DNA of 64,000 bases from Lingula anatina (Eukaryota > Animalia > Brachiopoda), in assembly GCA_051362555.1 (NCBI GenBank), contig CM120641.1, positions 9,610,001-9,674,000 on the forward strand, read 5' to 3'. A program made the translations under genes and the position numbers. Under the pieces are notes generated by a model, which was given only the letters and a program-made list of their open reading frames with translations, was not told where the DNA came from and searched no databases. This document shows, piece after piece, positions 63,101 through 64,000 of this stretch (within the stretch, counting starts at the first letter, position 1; every line of letters begins with the position of its first letter).

Positions 63101-63413
63101 AAGCAATCATTATGGGAAAGTGAAACACTTTTGTGTCTAAAAATGATCCTAAGGAGTTAAACCACTTTTTAGAGGATGATTATGTTAACATGATCAAATT
63201 TTGTTCATAGATTTCATCAAAAATTCAGACAAATTAATACTACAATTCATGCTCTTACCTCTCTAGATCTTCTCTCTACCACTACGTGGTGCCACTGGTT
63301 GTCATTGTACTTTTCGGTGAGGACTGGGTGCTGAAACTCTCCCGCACCCAGGTTGACACTGACCATTATCACACCATCTACTAAGGCCACCAGCAGAAAA
63401 TCACTCCCATCCC
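36775..63413 (-). CDS. NRXN: Alpha-neurexin, 5'-truncated (LNS2 part, LNS3, EGF2, LNS4, LNS5, EGF3, LNS6, S/T-rich stalk with Cys-loops, TM, PDZ-binding tail)
   Basis: Exons 63413-63259, 57398-57240, 53990-53210, 52015-51798, 51276-51168, 49890-49825, 47905-47150, 44934-44815, 44433-44246, 43907-43736, 41104-41003, 40392-40278, 39944-39863, 38855-38730, 38056-37893, 37372-36775 join in frame. Motifs: [57 protein letters not shown], the TM segment, GSYKIDES and KEWYV-stop. Confidence 0.95.
37434..37596 (-). mobile_element. MITE-like element, family A copy 2, in the last neurexin intron
   Basis: Inverted homologue of 10807-11008 with an internal deletion. TIR-like ends attcccatagatt...aatctctgggaat. 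Confidence 0.75.
41655..41800 (+). mobile_element. Degenerate fragment resembling non-autonomous Helentron/HINE-type repeats
   Basis: tttcatgaaagtttcagga...aaattttggtggtgatcc...cttggcagaggt..gtgctt resembles, from recall only, the body and 3' end of such aquatic-animal repeats. Not verified by search. Confidence 0.35.
43078..43101 (-). other. Candidate 24-nt neurexin microexon (EVLFLRQE) at the SS4-equivalent intron
   Basis: ttttatcccag|AAGTTCTATTCCTGAGGCAAGAAG|gtaaca. Phase 1-1, matching the flanking exons, with no stop. Confidence 0.55.
48081..48432. mobile_element. ~350-bp foldback MITE in a neurexin intron
   Basis: Termini caggcc...ggcctg. Inner arms agcatttgaccagctttcat (48199-48218) / atgaaagctggccaaatgct (48301-48320) pair 19/20. 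tgatttcatgg/ccatgaaatca and tgattgcaa/ttgcaatca also pair in register. Confidence 0.8.
48966..49045. repeat. Compound (CT)n(CA)n microsatellite
   Basis: Directly visible. Confidence 0.95.
59079..59087 (-). other. Candidate 9-nt neurexin microexon (QYT) at the SS2-equivalent intron
   Basis: ttgaccttttttatgctttttgacaag|CAATATACA|gtaagt. Phase 0-0, consensus donor. Confidence 0.45.
59513..59575. promoter_or_regulatory. Pair of intronic RFX X-box-like sites (GTTGTCTTAGCAAC 59513-59526; GTTACTGGAGCAAC 59562-59575)
   Basis: Two 14-bp GTTR...GCAAC palindrome-like matches 35 bp apart, plus a half site GTTACTAGG at 59549. Confidence 0.45.
60292..60318 (-). other. Candidate 27-nt neurexin microexon (LARNFAIAD) at the SS2-equivalent intron
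   Basis: ctcttcttGCTAACtaatccactTGCatcaatag|CTGGCTCGGAATTTTGCCATCGCAGAC|gtaagt. Has a branch point, UGC motif, consensus donor, phase 0-0 and no stop. Confidence 0.7.
62902..62943. repeat. Direct repeat gaaaatgagaacagtgca x2
   Basis: Two identical 18-mers with a 24-bp period. Confidence 0.85.
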
Positions 63414-64000
63414 CTAAAACAAGGAAAATTTTCAAGGTTTTTTTTTTTTTTTTTTTTTTGTTTTATTCTTTATGCTCCATTAGTTTAGTGTTTCTTCACA
63501 TGACTGATATAGTAACTAAACACATGAGAACAGGATTTTAAAACCGAGTTACGTATTAATTTTCTCTTTATTAACATTTAGTTTTTAATTATTCAATAAT
63601 CAATAAAACATAATTATCATTTTTGCAGTTTTAACAACATATTTTTAAGTTGACTAGTCCAAGTCTTGCTGGAAGGCTATCCTGTCCATAAGGGGTAATA
63701 TTACACAATTCTTAACAGCATATTAACAACCAATTTTATTATGTACTACTGTTAGTGAGGGCATTCAAAAAATGTGAAAATCAAACTTAAACAGGGTTTT
63801 AGACCCACGAAAATTCAAAGTCACACATAAAAAAATTGAAAAATGAAATTTTCAAAGAAACTTTGTAACTTCAAAAAAAATAATCAAATAAACTACTGTT
63901 GTATTTTTATCCATTAGTTCATATTCCTGTACGTTTACCTTTAATTGCATTTATCATATGCTCTTTGTAATCACAGCAATAGTGACTGCTACGATACCTG

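Overview
AT-rich, intron-dense animal genomic DNA, most likely a lophotrochozoan such as a mollusc (inferred from gene structure and sequence, not proven). From left to right: (1) the probable first coding exon of an unidentified minus-strand gene running off the left edge, with RFX X-boxes upstream; (2) a complete ~35-exon LRRC9 (+); (3) a two-exon KIFBP (-) head-to-head with (4) a 14-exon DYNC2LI1 (+); (5) a secreted/lysosomal RNase T2 (+); and (6) the 3' ~27 kb of an alpha-neurexin (-), from LNS2 to the KEWYV PDZ-binding tail. Introns carry several MITE/foldback elements. The most notable signals are not in the ORF track: frame-preserving candidate microexons (27, 9 and 24 nt) in the neurexin introns matching vertebrate SS2 and SS4, a candidate extra or alternative-first exon in the neurexin stalk, and a Q-x-E motif in the PARP-like middle domain of LRRC9. 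Exon boundaries were read by eye and may be off by a few bases. No RNA genes or CRISPR arrays could be supported.
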